From positions 2,144,001-2,208,000 of the forward strand of contig OY776215.1 in the NCBI GenBank assembly GCA_963675495.1: DNA of 64,000 nucleotides, read 5' to 3'. Every line of letters starts with the position of its first letter. The stretch's first letter is position 1. This document shows positions 1-8,943 of this stretch, piece by piece. The position numbers and the translations under genes were made by a program. The notes beneath the pieces were generated by a model that saw only the letters and a program-made list of their open reading frames with translations, ran no database searches and was not told the origin of the DNA. Origin of the DNA: an uncultured Methanolobus sp. (GTDB lineage: Archaea > Halobacteriota > Methanosarcinia > Methanosarcinales > Methanosarcinaceae).

Positions 1-2
1 AT

Positions 3-1484
3 GAGGCCTTCTCTAAGGATATCATTTCCAGAATGCTGCCACAGGACACTTATATAGCAAGGTATGTGGAATCAGAGTTTGGCACAGACCCGTTCGACTT
101 CTTTGATGAAATATCAAAAATAGCTACAGGAGATGCCCAGTCTATTTCAAAACCGTATCTTGCCCAGATAATCGCAGGCGATGTGGATGCCGACAGAATC
201 GATTTTCTCCTGCGCGATTCGTATCACACGGGTGTTTCCTTCGGGCTCATAGATGTTGACCAGATAATCGGAAGCCTCATTATCAAGAATGAACATGTCG
301 TTCTGGGGAGCTCAGACGGCTCCAGCTATGGAAGCGATATGGCTCTCACGGCTGCCGAATCACTGCTGATATCCAGGGCTCATCATTATACTGCTATTAT
401 ACATAACCCGAAGACACAGGCTGGCCGTGTGATGTTACTCTATGCCCTTGAGGATGCCCTTGAACATTTCAAGGATGTATCAGGCGTGGATATTGCAAAG
501 GATGAGGTTGTTCGCTTCTTCACTGAATACAATGATAACGAGCTGGTCAATTTCATCAGGTCCAATGCATCTGAAAAATCATGTAAGTTACTGGATGACC
601 TGCGTGATGGTAGGTTATATGTGCCGGTAGCCAGGCTAAATCAGAAAATAATCCGGCCGTCAACAAGGATGGCTCTCTCAACCATTGCTCGTCATGGCGT
701 AGCCACAAAGAGGCTTGAAACAAGACTTGCCCGGGAACTTGGGGATGTACTTGTGGACCTTACAGTGGCTTCAGGTGTTCCTAAAAGTATGCGTATAGCA
801 ATGGATGAGGAAGATGGCTTCTTCTACGATGAATCGGCACTTGCCAATGGTCTGGTCCGGGCAATATCCCGACAGTTATCACTTACTGCTTTCTCTCACC
901 CGGACGTGGTTACGGATAAAGATTCCTTTGCTGTTATCTCAGAATTGCGCAGGGTGGTCGATGATCTTTCCCCTCGGCTGCTCAATTTCACCCGCGAAGA
1001 CCAGTATCTTCCAATAGAAGGAATAATCCTGTTGTTCTATGCTGTTCATAGTCTCTTCACAGACGAGAAACCAGGTTATATTTCAATCCCACGCCTTCGG
1101 CATATTACTTGGCTGTATCGTACCATCCGTGAACTAAGTGGCTTCCCGAAGCTAAAGAACCTTTTTGATTATTCCTTCCATGAAAGGTATGGATTTCCAT
1201 ACTGTGAGAAGGTCTTTGAGGACATACAGGTACTCGTTGCCATGGGTATCGTTGATGAGGACCTTCGTTATTATGAAAAAGATAACAGGTTCCGGCAGAG
1301 TTATGAATATGTGCTTACATGGGAAGGAGTTGAATATGCAGGGACTCTTGCAGATGCCTACCAGCCGGAATTCGAGGAAATGATGTCTCATCTTTCAATG
1401 GGCAGGCATTCAATTAAAAGGGATATTGTTACGATTCCTTCCAACAGGTATGTCTCAAAAAAACGTCCTACAGGTGTAAAATAA
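3..1484 (+). CDS. HD-domain phosphohydrolase (YwfO/SAMHD1-like), 5'-truncated by the window edge, with a C-terminal winged-helix YwgA-like domain
   Basis: Frame is open from base 3. Motif DVDADRIDFLLRDSYHTG is typical of HD dNTPase-like proteins. Stop overlaps the trmI start (TAATG). Confidence 0.8.
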   Translation, partial: EAFSKDIISRMLPQDTYIARYVESEFGTDPFDFFDEISKIATGDAQSISKPYLAQIIAGDVDADRIDFLLRDSYHTGVSFGLIDVDQIIGSLIIKNEHVVLGSSDGSSYGSDMALTAAESLLISRAHHYTAIIHNPKTQAGRVMLLYALEDALEHFKDVSGVDIAKDEVVRFFTEYNDNELVNFIRSNASEKSCKLLDDLRDGRLYVPVARLNQKIIRPSTRMALSTIARHGVATKRLETRLARELGDVLVDLTVASGVPKSMRIAMDEEDGFFYDESALANGLVRAISRQLSLTAFSHPDVVTDKDSFAVISELRRVVDDLSPRLLNFTREDQYLPIEGIILLFYAVHSLFTDEKPGYISIPRLRHITWLYRTIRELSGFPKLKNLFDYSFHERYGFPYCEKVFEDIQVLVAMGIVDEDLRYYEKDNRFRQSYEYVLTWEGVEYAGTLADAYQPEFEEMMSHLSMGRHSIKRDIVTIPSNRYVSKKRPTGVK

Positions 1485-2236
1485 TGTTAACTGGTGAATT
1501 GGTTTTGCTGAAGACTTCCCACAGGGATAAGGTCAAAGAGTTTATCGCAAAGGTTTCCGATGATCAACTGCACACGAATTTTGGTATTATAGAACTTTCT
1601 TCTCTCATGGACAAGGTCCCTGGTGAGACGGTGGTGTCACACAAGGGCCAGGAGTTTACCATTCAGCGTCCAAAAATGCCGGATTTCTTCCGTCATGCAA
1701 AAAGGACCGGTGCTCCAATGATGCCCAAGGATATAGGCATGATAATCGCCTATACCGGACTCAATAAAAACGATGCTGTACTGGATGCAGGTACAGGTTC
1801 GGGTATACTGACGATGTATCTTGGTTCCATTGCAAAACGTGTTGTAACATATGAGGTAAGGGAAGATTTCGTAGATGTTGCCCGTAAAAATGTAGAAAAT
1901 GCAGGTCTTGATAATGTAGAACTTCGTTGTGGCGACATTGTTGATGAAATAAAGAACATTGATGAGAAATTCGATGTCATAACCCTCGACACTCAAAATT
2001 CAAAGGATGTCATTCCTTATGTGATGGACATACTGTATCCGGGTGGATTCCTTGCTACTTATTCTCCGTTCTTTGAACAGACAAAAGAAATACGTGATGC
2101 AATTGAAGCTGCACAGTTCTGTGATGTGGTAACAATGGAATTTACGGAACGTGAGATATCATTCTCGTCAAGAGGTACTCGGCCATCCACATCAAAAGTG
2201 GGGCATACAGGCTTTATCACAATAGCAAGGGCCTGA
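1484..2236 (+). CDS. trmI: tRNA (adenine-N1)-methyltransferase
   Basis: Motifs PKDIG, VLDAGTGSG, YEVREDF, YSPFFEQ, TRP...GHTGF. Confidence 0.9.
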   Translation: MLTGELVLLKTSHRDKVKEFIAKVSDDQLHTNFGIIELSSLMDKVPGETVVSHKGQEFTIQRPKMPDFFRHAKRTGAPMMPKDIGMIIAYTGLNKNDAVLDAGTGSGILTMYLGSIAKRVVTYEVREDFVDVARKNVENAGLDNVELRCGDIVDEIKNIDEKFDVITLDTQNSKDVIPYVMDILYPGGFLATYSPFFEQTKEIRDAIEAAQFCDVVTMEFTEREISFSSRGTRPSTSKVGHTGFITIARA

Positions 2237-2244
2237 TTTTTTTT

Positions 2245-2913
2245 TTATCTTACGCCTTCACTGGTAATGGTGAACTTGCAGGTCCCACCTTCTGGGAGTG
2301 AACGGTGTTTCCAGAGTTTTGCACGTCTTGTGCCATCTCCTGTTTTTTCAAGCTGGACTATGGTCTTTGATATGTGTTCTATACCGCTACCACCTATTGG
2401 TCTTACTCTGCCTGTAGTAATATCGCTGTATACCTGGTTGGTCATAACAGCCACAACTCTGTGTTTGCGTGCAATACCGTGTACAAAGCCTATCTGATTT
2501 GCCAGTTCCCTTCTGGTCCTTATGCTTGATTCTTCCTGGTCAAGCTCTAATCTGTAAAAAGCAGTTGCAGAATCTATTACTATAAGGCCGATATTTTCTG
2601 AGATGAGTTTCTCAATTTCTTTGACAGCAGCGTACTGTTCTTCAAAATTATGAGGCTCAAAGATGATTATTTGCTGTGCTATCTCCTTTGCATTCTCGCC
2701 AGCAATTTGTTTGAATCTGTCAGGGGAAATGGCCTCAGTATCTATGTAGATGACCTTTTTTCCATTTTTGACACATTCAACTGCAAGTTGCAGGCACAAA
2801 TTTGTCTTGCCACTTCCGGCTTCTCCGTATATCTGTGTCACGACCCCTGCCTCAAATCCTCCTCCTAGGAGTTCATCGATTGGCTTGCAGCCGGAGCTTA
2901 GTTGTTTAGTTAT
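2245..2913 (-). CDS. radB: DNA repair and recombination protein RadB (probable ATA start at 2913)
   Basis: QIYGEAGSGKT Walker A and C-terminal KHRS motif. Conserved N-terminus SSGCKPIDELLGGGFE lies upstream of the ORF-track start at 2841. Confidence 0.9.
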   Translation of the reverse strand: MTKQLSSGCKPIDELLGGGFEAGVVTQIYGEAGSGKTNLCLQLAVECVKNGKKVIYIDTEAISPDRFKQIAGENAKEIAQQIIIFEPHNFEEQYAAVKEIEKLISENIGLIVIDSATAFYRLELDQEESSIRTRRELANQIGFVHGIARKHRVVAVMTNQVYSDITTGRVRPIGGSGIEHISKTIVQLEKTGDGTRRAKLWKHRSLPEGGTCKFTITSEGVR

Positions 2914-3339
2914 CTTTTACACCCCTTGATCGGATTATGTGCTATAATAGGGTTTATGATATACATCTTTTGGCAATGTTATTGCACTTCTCTTTATGTG
3001 TCTTTCTTTTTGTTTGCTTTTTTTGTTGGTGGTCATGTCCCAATTTATGCTCATTTATTATTTTTTCATTATTGTAAATTTGCATGGTAATAATATATTA
3101 TCAAGTATGTTATCAAACATGTTTCATATATGATTTTAATATTGTTTTTTGTATATTCAAATGCAGTTTGAAAAACCATTATTAAGCTATATGTCATTTG
3201 TATAATTTACCCTCTGGTGAACAAGGTAATTATTATGACAATGCCTATTGATTATGATTTTTCAAATGGCATTGTTGTTTCTCTCCAGAATGGCAATAAT
3301 ATAATAAAATATTTATATACTATGAAGGGACGCGAGAAA

Positions 3340-3591
3340 ATGGTTGAAGTGGTTATATATACAACAAAGACTTGCCCGAAATGCGAGCAACTGAAGAAGG
3401 TACTTAAGTCGAAGGAAGTTGCTTTCACAACTGCAGATATGTCTACTCCTGAAGCTTTGACCGAACTTAAATTCAATGGTGTTTTTACCATGACTGCTCC
3501 GGTACTCCAGATCGGCGATGAATTTTTAACACATAAGGATTTGTTCAATGGTCCTGACGTGAACCTGGAAGTATTGGGTAGTATAATCTAA
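3340..3591 (+). CDS. nrdH: NrdH-like glutaredoxin/redoxin
   Basis: YTTKTCPKC redox motif and TAPV cis-Pro motif. Directly upstream of nrdD. TATA-like TTTATATA at 3312-3319 suggests a leaderless start at 3340. Confidence 0.8.
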   Translation: MVEVVIYTTKTCPKCEQLKKVLKSKEVAFTTADMSTPEALTELKFNGVFTMTAPVLQIGDEFLTHKDLFNGPDVNLEVLGSII

Positions 3592-3616
3592 GTGCAATCA
3601 AATTGAGGTGGGAATG

Positions 3617-6016
3617 ATGGACGTATGTGCTACTAATATAAAAGAAAAAATAGAACTTGACAGGTCAGACTTGGGAACTGACAAGCAGGTTCGCGCAGAG
3701 GAAGATGAGAGGATCGATATCAGTATGACACCATTAACAAAACAGCATGCCATACAGAAGACGCTCGATGGCCATGATATCTCTATAATGCCAAAGGTGC
3801 GAACCACGGCAGGACACATGGTTGATTGGGACCGTAGTGTCATTGTCAATCAATTAATGAAGGAAACAAAGCTTGCTGAGAGGTTCCACGGCAAACCTGG
3901 GATCGAAAAGGATGAAGCTTACGACATTTCAAAAGAAGTAGAACGCCGTGTCAGATCCCTTGACCTTAAATTCCTTTCAGGTCCACTTATAAGGGAGATC
4001 GTCAACATGGAGCTTCTCCAGAGAGGACACGTTGAGTGGAGAAATGTTTCTACAAGGATAGGTACTCCTGTATATGATGCATGCGAGATAGATCTTGGAA
4101 GTGGTTTTGAGGCAAATGACAACGCAAACCTCCAGGAAAATGCTGAGACTTCTCATAAGAAGAAGGCAGACAAGATATCCAAGGAACAGTACCTGCTTCT
4201 TCTGCCAACGAAGATCGCTGACATGCATCTCAATGGCGATATTCATATTCATGATCTTGAGTATCTCGGAACCCGTGCTTTCTGCCAGGACTGGGACCTC
4301 AGGTATTTCTTCTATTACGGTCTCATGCCAGATGGTTCAGGTGCAAAGGCAAGTGTAGCCGGTCCTGCTATGAAGGCTGAGGTAGCTATACTTCATGCAG
4401 TAAAGGCTCTTGGAAGCGCACAGACCAACTTCGCAGGTGGCCAGGGATTCTACAACTTCCTTACATTCCTTGCTCCATACCTTGAAGGCAAGAATTACAA
4501 CGATGTAAAGCAGCTCATGCAAATGTTCGTGTATGAGATGACCCAGATGATGGTAGCTCGTGGTGGACAGGTAGTGTTCTCCTCCGTTCAGCTGTCTCCG
4601 GGTGTACCAAAACTCTGGAAGGATAAGCCAGTTGTCTACAAGGGGCGTGTGCATGATGGTACAAACGGTACCCAAAAGCGCACCTATAGCGAGTTTGAGC
4701 GTGAGGTACGTCTTTCTTTCCAGGCACTTATGGATGTGATGTTAGAGGGTGATAATTGGGGCAAGCCTTTCAATTTCCCTAAGCCTGAAATTTCCATAGA
4801 GCCAGACTTCATGGAAGAAGATGAGTTCTTTAACAAGGCACATCCTGATCTGCTTGGTTACGAGCAACTCTATGATATGACCTTTGAACTTGCAGCAAAG
4901 TTCGGTACTCCATATTTCGATAATCAGCTACCTGAATACAGAGGTGCAGGCGAGGGAATTTCTTGTTATCAATGCTGTGCATATCAGTTCTCAGCAAATG
5001 CTGATGCAGATGACAGTTTTGATGACAAGCTCATATTCAAGGATGGGAAACATTTCTCAATGGGTTCCTGGCAGGTCGTCTCTCTCAACTGCCCAAGGGC
5101 GGCATACAGAGCCAATGGAGATGATTCTGCTCTGTTCGGTGACCTGAAGAATCTCATGGACCAGTGTATAACTCTATTCAAGACAAAGCGCAACTGGATG
5201 GAAAATATCATCGAGAACAACAGGATGCCATTTGCAACCCAGAGGCCAAAGGATCCTGTTACAGGTGAGAAGGGCTGTGTAGCTGTTGATATTGATGCAC
5301 TTGTCTGTACAATGGGTGTTATCGGTATCAATGAAATGGTTCAGTATCACACTGGTTCTCAGATGCATGAATCCAGAGATGCTTTCAAGTTTGCCATCAG
5401 GGTGATGACCGAGATGGAAATGTATGCAAACGAGCTCAGCCAGAAACATGGCATGGAAATTGCCCTTGCCCGTACTCCTGCTGAAACCACGGGTCAGAGA
5501 TTTGCGGTATCAGACATGCTACATGAAGAATACAGGGATTGTGTCGTGGAAGTTGTAAAGGGCGACAGTGAAGCTGCTCTTGCAAATCTCAAAAAGACCC
5601 ATGATCTGCCTGTCTATTATACCAACGGTACTCATGTGCCACCGGGCGCAAATGTTTCTCTGATTGACAGGATAAATGCCGAGCATGTATTCTTCCCTAT
5701 TGTTGATGGTGGAAACATCTGCCATATATGGATGGGAGAAGGTGCACCGGATGCACAGGGCCTTAAAGAATTTGCAATGAACATTGCAAAGAACACTCAG
5801 GTAGGTTACTTTGCTTTCACCAAGGATATGACTGTGTGCCTTAATGATTTCCATATGATGTCCGGTCTCAAGGAGGTCTGTGAGAACTGTGGCTCATCTA
5901 ATGTCGAGCAGATGTCAAGGGTAACCGGGTATGTCCAGGCCGTTGGTGGATGGAATAATGCAAAGAAGCAAGAGCTTGCAGACAGGATGCGCTACAGCTC
6001 TTCAGACATGATCTGA
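3617..6016 (+). CDS. nrdD: Anaerobic (class III) ribonucleoside-triphosphate reductase
   Basis: ATP-cone-like N-terminus, HIHDL, TPAET, YYTNGTH and SRVTGY glycyl-radical motif. RBS GAGGTG at 3605-3610; exact start uncertain. Confidence 0.95.
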   Translation: MDVCATNIKEKIELDRSDLGTDKQVRAEEDERIDISMTPLTKQHAIQKTLDGHDISIMPKVRTTAGHMVDWDRSVIVNQLMKETKLAERFHGKPGIEKDEAYDISKEVERRVRSLDLKFLSGPLIREIVNMELLQRGHVEWRNVSTRIGTPVYDACEIDLGSGFEANDNANLQENAETSHKKKADKISKEQYLLLLPTKIADMHLNGDIHIHDLEYLGTRAFCQDWDLRYFFYYGLMPDGSGAKASVAGPAMKAEVAILHAVKALGSAQTNFAGGQGFYNFLTFLAPYLEGKNYNDVKQLMQMFVYEMTQMMVARGGQVVFSSVQLSPGVPKLWKDKPVVYKGRVHDGTNGTQKRTYSEFEREVRLSFQALMDVMLEGDNWGKPFNFPKPEISIEPDFMEEDEFFNKAHPDLLGYEQLYDMTFELAAKFGTPYFDNQLPEYRGAGEGISCYQCCAYQFSANADADDSFDDKLIFKDGKHFSMGSWQVVSLNCPRAAYRANGDDSALFGDLKNLMDQCITLFKTKRNWMENIIENNRMPFATQRPKDPVTGEKGCVAVDIDALVCTMGVIGINEMVQYHTGSQMHESRDAFKFAIRVMTEMEMYANELSQKHGMEIALARTPAETTGQRFAVSDMLHEEYRDCVVEVVKGDSEAALANLKKTHDLPVYYTNGTHVPPGANVSLIDRINAEHVFFPIVDGGNICHIWMGEGAPDAQGLKEFAMNIAKNTQVGYFAFTKDMTVCLNDFHMMSGLKEVCENCGSSNVEQMSRVTGYVQAVGGWNNAKKQELADRMRYSSSDMI

Positions 6017-6023
6017 TAAGCTC

Positions 6024-6812
6024 ATGAAAGTAAACTATGGGAGCTCGGTTCCCATCTCAACGGTAGATTGGCATGGAAAAGTGTCAATCGTCTTTTTTTT
6101 ACGTGGATGTCCTTACAGGTGTCCATATTGCCAGAACCATTCACTTCTCTTTGAAAGCAACATGGTGGATACGTCAGTACTTGAAGCAGACATGAAGAAG
6201 TCCAGACCCTTTGTCAGCAATGTAGTTTTTTCAGGGGGCGAACCCCTTATGCAGAAGGATGCTGTGAAGCACTTTGCAGGTTTTGCAAAGAAAATGGGTT
6301 TGCTTGTCGGTATCCATACCAACGGCTATTATCCTCACGTAATGGCCGAATTGATGGAAGAAGGTCTTGTGGATAAATTCTTTATCGATGTCAAAGCTCC
6401 TCTGAATAATACTGAAGATTATGCAAAGGCAATTGGTTGCAAGGACTATACTGATATTCACATTGATCCAAAGCTTGTAATAGAAAAAGTGGCAGAATCC
6501 ATTAATCTGGTTCTGGGAAATAATGTTGAACTTGAGTTAAGGACCACTATTATCAGAGATTTCATGGGAAGCTCTGATGATGTCTGTAATATTGCAAGGT
6601 CCATTAGTGAATTAACAGGCAGAAAGGATGTTGTTTATGTCCTTCAGCAGGGATTTGCTGAAAATGCAATGCTTGAATCTCTCAGGGACATAAAACCATT
6701 GAGCAGGGATGAAATGCTTGAACTTGCTGACCTTACCCATGAGTTCCTTGACAATATATATGTACGGACAAAAGAGAAAGGTAACGAAAAGGTTAACTTC
6801 GAATCAGTTTGA
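6024..6812 (+). CDS. nrdG: Class III RNR activating enzyme (radical SAM)
   Basis: GCPYRCPYCQN CxxxCxxC motif and FSGGEP; follows nrdD. Confidence 0.92.
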   Translation: MKVNYGSSVPISTVDWHGKVSIVFFLRGCPYRCPYCQNHSLLFESNMVDTSVLEADMKKSRPFVSNVVFSGGEPLMQKDAVKHFAGFAKKMGLLVGIHTNGYYPHVMAELMEEGLVDKFFIDVKAPLNNTEDYAKAIGCKDYTDIHIDPKLVIEKVAESINLVLGNNVELELRTTIIRDFMGSSDDVCNIARSISELTGRKDVVYVLQQGFAENAMLESLRDIKPLSRDEMLELADLTHEFLDNIYVRTKEKGNEKVNFESV

Positions 6813-6877
6813 ACCTTAAGCAATTTTTTAATACTTCCCAGTCCTTCATTTAATCATGCTTAAAAAGGTGTGATTAA

Positions 6878-7744
6878 ATGAAAATAAAATACGGTAGCAT
6901 TACTGTAATTATGCTTTTACTTATGGCTACTTTTGTATCCGGTTGTATGGGGGTCCGTGAAGAATTCTCTTCACAGTCAGCTGATTATATTGTGGCTGAG
7001 GACTACGACGATTCCTATTCCAGAAATGCAGCCATGGGTGAAGCTGCTTATGATGGTGATTATGGTGGAGCTTCCACTGCTTCTGTGGACCGCAAAACAA
7101 TAACGACCATCGATATGACAATAAGGGTCAATGATGCCGCAGCAAGTCTGGATGAGATCTCAAAAATGGCGCTTGCTTCAGGTGGATATGTTTCCAGTTC
7201 TTCTGTCTACGATTCATATTATGAATCTGATGCCGGTAAAGAGGGATATGTTACAGTAAGGATTCCCGAATCCGAATATTCTTTGTTCCTTGATAATGTG
7301 GAGGACTTGGGGGAAGTAACATCTAAAAGTGTAAATGCACAGGATGTCACGGAAGAATACATCGATGTGACCGCACGTCTGGATAATCTTCAAATACAGG
7401 AAACCCGCCTTCAGGAAATACTCAATATGACCGTAACGGTTGAAGAGGTTTTGAGTGTGGAAAAGGAACTTGGCAGGGTGCGCGGTGAGATTGAAAGCCT
7501 TACAGGAAGGTTGAATTATCTCGAAGACCGGATCGAGTTCTCGACCATAAATATACGTGTCACAGAACCAAGGCCAATTACTCGTTCATGGGGAATCAGG
7601 GATGCACTATCCGAATCTGTCAACGGGTTCATCTCAATGGTAAATGCCTTGATAGTGCTTGTGGGATATGTTTTACCACTGGTGATTATTGTAGCAGTCT
7701 TTGGCGGAGCTTTTGTAGCATTGAGAAGAAGGGTACGCAGGTAA
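6878..7744 (+). CDS. DUF4349-family lipoprotein
   Basis: Lipobox VSGC, DVTEEYIDVTARL, coiled coil and C-terminal TM helix. Confidence 0.8.
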   Translation: MKIKYGSITVIMLLLMATFVSGCMGVREEFSSQSADYIVAEDYDDSYSRNAAMGEAAYDGDYGGASTASVDRKTITTIDMTIRVNDAAASLDEISKMALASGGYVSSSSVYDSYYESDAGKEGYVTVRIPESEYSLFLDNVEDLGEVTSKSVNAQDVTEEYIDVTARLDNLQIQETRLQEILNMTVTVEEVLSVEKELGRVRGEIESLTGRLNYLEDRIEFSTINIRVTEPRPITRSWGIRDALSESVNGFISMVNALIVLVGYVLPLVIIVAVFGGAFVALRRRVRR

Positions 7745-7901
7745 ATTATTTTCTTGCATACTAGATTTGTATGAATTTTGTTGATGTTTTCATATCAGCA
7801 AAATTTATTTATTTTAACTCAGTTCTATTACTCAATCCTTTGTTGTTTATCACTTCGTGCTAAGTAATTATATATAGTCACATCAAAATAGCAGGTAAAA
7901 T

Positions 7902-8894
7902 ATGAATGACTCTACTCCTGTATCTGAGATTGGTGAACGTTCACTTATAAAACGCTTATCTGGTATTTTCAATAAAGGTTGCAATCCTGATGTGCGCATC
8001 GGATCCGGAACTGATGATTGTGCAGTTGTTGATATTTCTGGTGGGGAGTATATGGTGATAACAACCGATATGTTGCACCGGAAAACCGATTTCCCTCTTC
8101 AGATGACTCCCTGGCAGATAGGTTGGATGTCAGCTGCGGTCAATTTCAGTGATGTGGCTTCCATGGGTGCACGCCCAATAGGTTTTCTTTCAGCCATGGG
8201 TCTTTCCAAAGACACGGATATTTCTTTTGTCGAGGAAATTTCCAGGGGGATGGATGATTGTGCCAAATTCTGTGGCACTTCAGTCATAGGTGGGGATATT
8301 GACACCCACGATGAACTAACAATTACAGGTACTGCACTTGGCAAAGTCAAAAGATCTGAGCTGCTGACCCGTAAAGGTGCAATGGTCGGTGACAAGGTTT
8401 GCGTAACAGGGTTTGCAGGTTCTGCCGGAGCCGCACTCCATGCAATTGAGAAAAATATTACTATTCCTAATAGTCTTCTCAATAAACTGCTTACGCCTGT
8501 TCCTTGTGTTAACGAAGCAATGAAACTTGCGAGCTCCGGCGCTGTAACATGTATGATGGATACAAGTGATGGTCTGGCAATGTCACTGCATGACCTTGCA
8601 GATCTTAATGGTGTAGGCTTCAGGATAGAGGAGGATTCTCTGCCGATACAAGCTGAGATTTCTGAGTTCGTAACATCTGATCCTGATGTTCTTACAGAAT
8701 TTGCACTTTACACAGGAGGGGATTTTGAATTACTTTTCACGGTCTCTCCTGATATGCTGGAAATTGCTCAAAGCGTATGTTATTTAAATGTTATAGGTGA
8801 AGTAGTTGAGCAGGATGTTGGTACTGTCATTAGGTGCCGTAATGGACAAAACCTGACGATATATCGGAAAGGTTATCTACAATTGGGGGATTAA
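7902..8894 (+). CDS. thiL: Thiamine-monophosphate kinase
   Basis: Motifs GERSLI, DDCAV, NFSDVASMGA, GGD, DTSDGL, GGDFELLFT. Confidence 0.95.
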   Translation: MNDSTPVSEIGERSLIKRLSGIFNKGCNPDVRIGSGTDDCAVVDISGGEYMVITTDMLHRKTDFPLQMTPWQIGWMSAAVNFSDVASMGARPIGFLSAMGLSKDTDISFVEEISRGMDDCAKFCGTSVIGGDIDTHDELTITGTALGKVKRSELLTRKGAMVGDKVCVTGFAGSAGAALHAIEKNITIPNSLLNKLLTPVPCVNEAMKLASSGAVTCMMDTSDGLAMSLHDLADLNGVGFRIEEDSLPIQAEISEFVTSDPDVLTEFALYTGGDFELLFTVSPDMLEIAQSVCYLNVIGEVVEQDVGTVIRCRNGQNLTIYRKGYLQLGD

Positions 8895-8943
8895 GATTAG
8901 ACATGATTAGTTTACGTTGTTCATACTTTAAGGAAGTTTTATA

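Noticed and set aside
2902-3339. 62-aa ORF at 2902 and the 41-aa N-terminal extension of the nrdH ORF
   Set aside because: AT-rich promoter DNA with low-complexity translation; the TATA box position favours ATG 3340.
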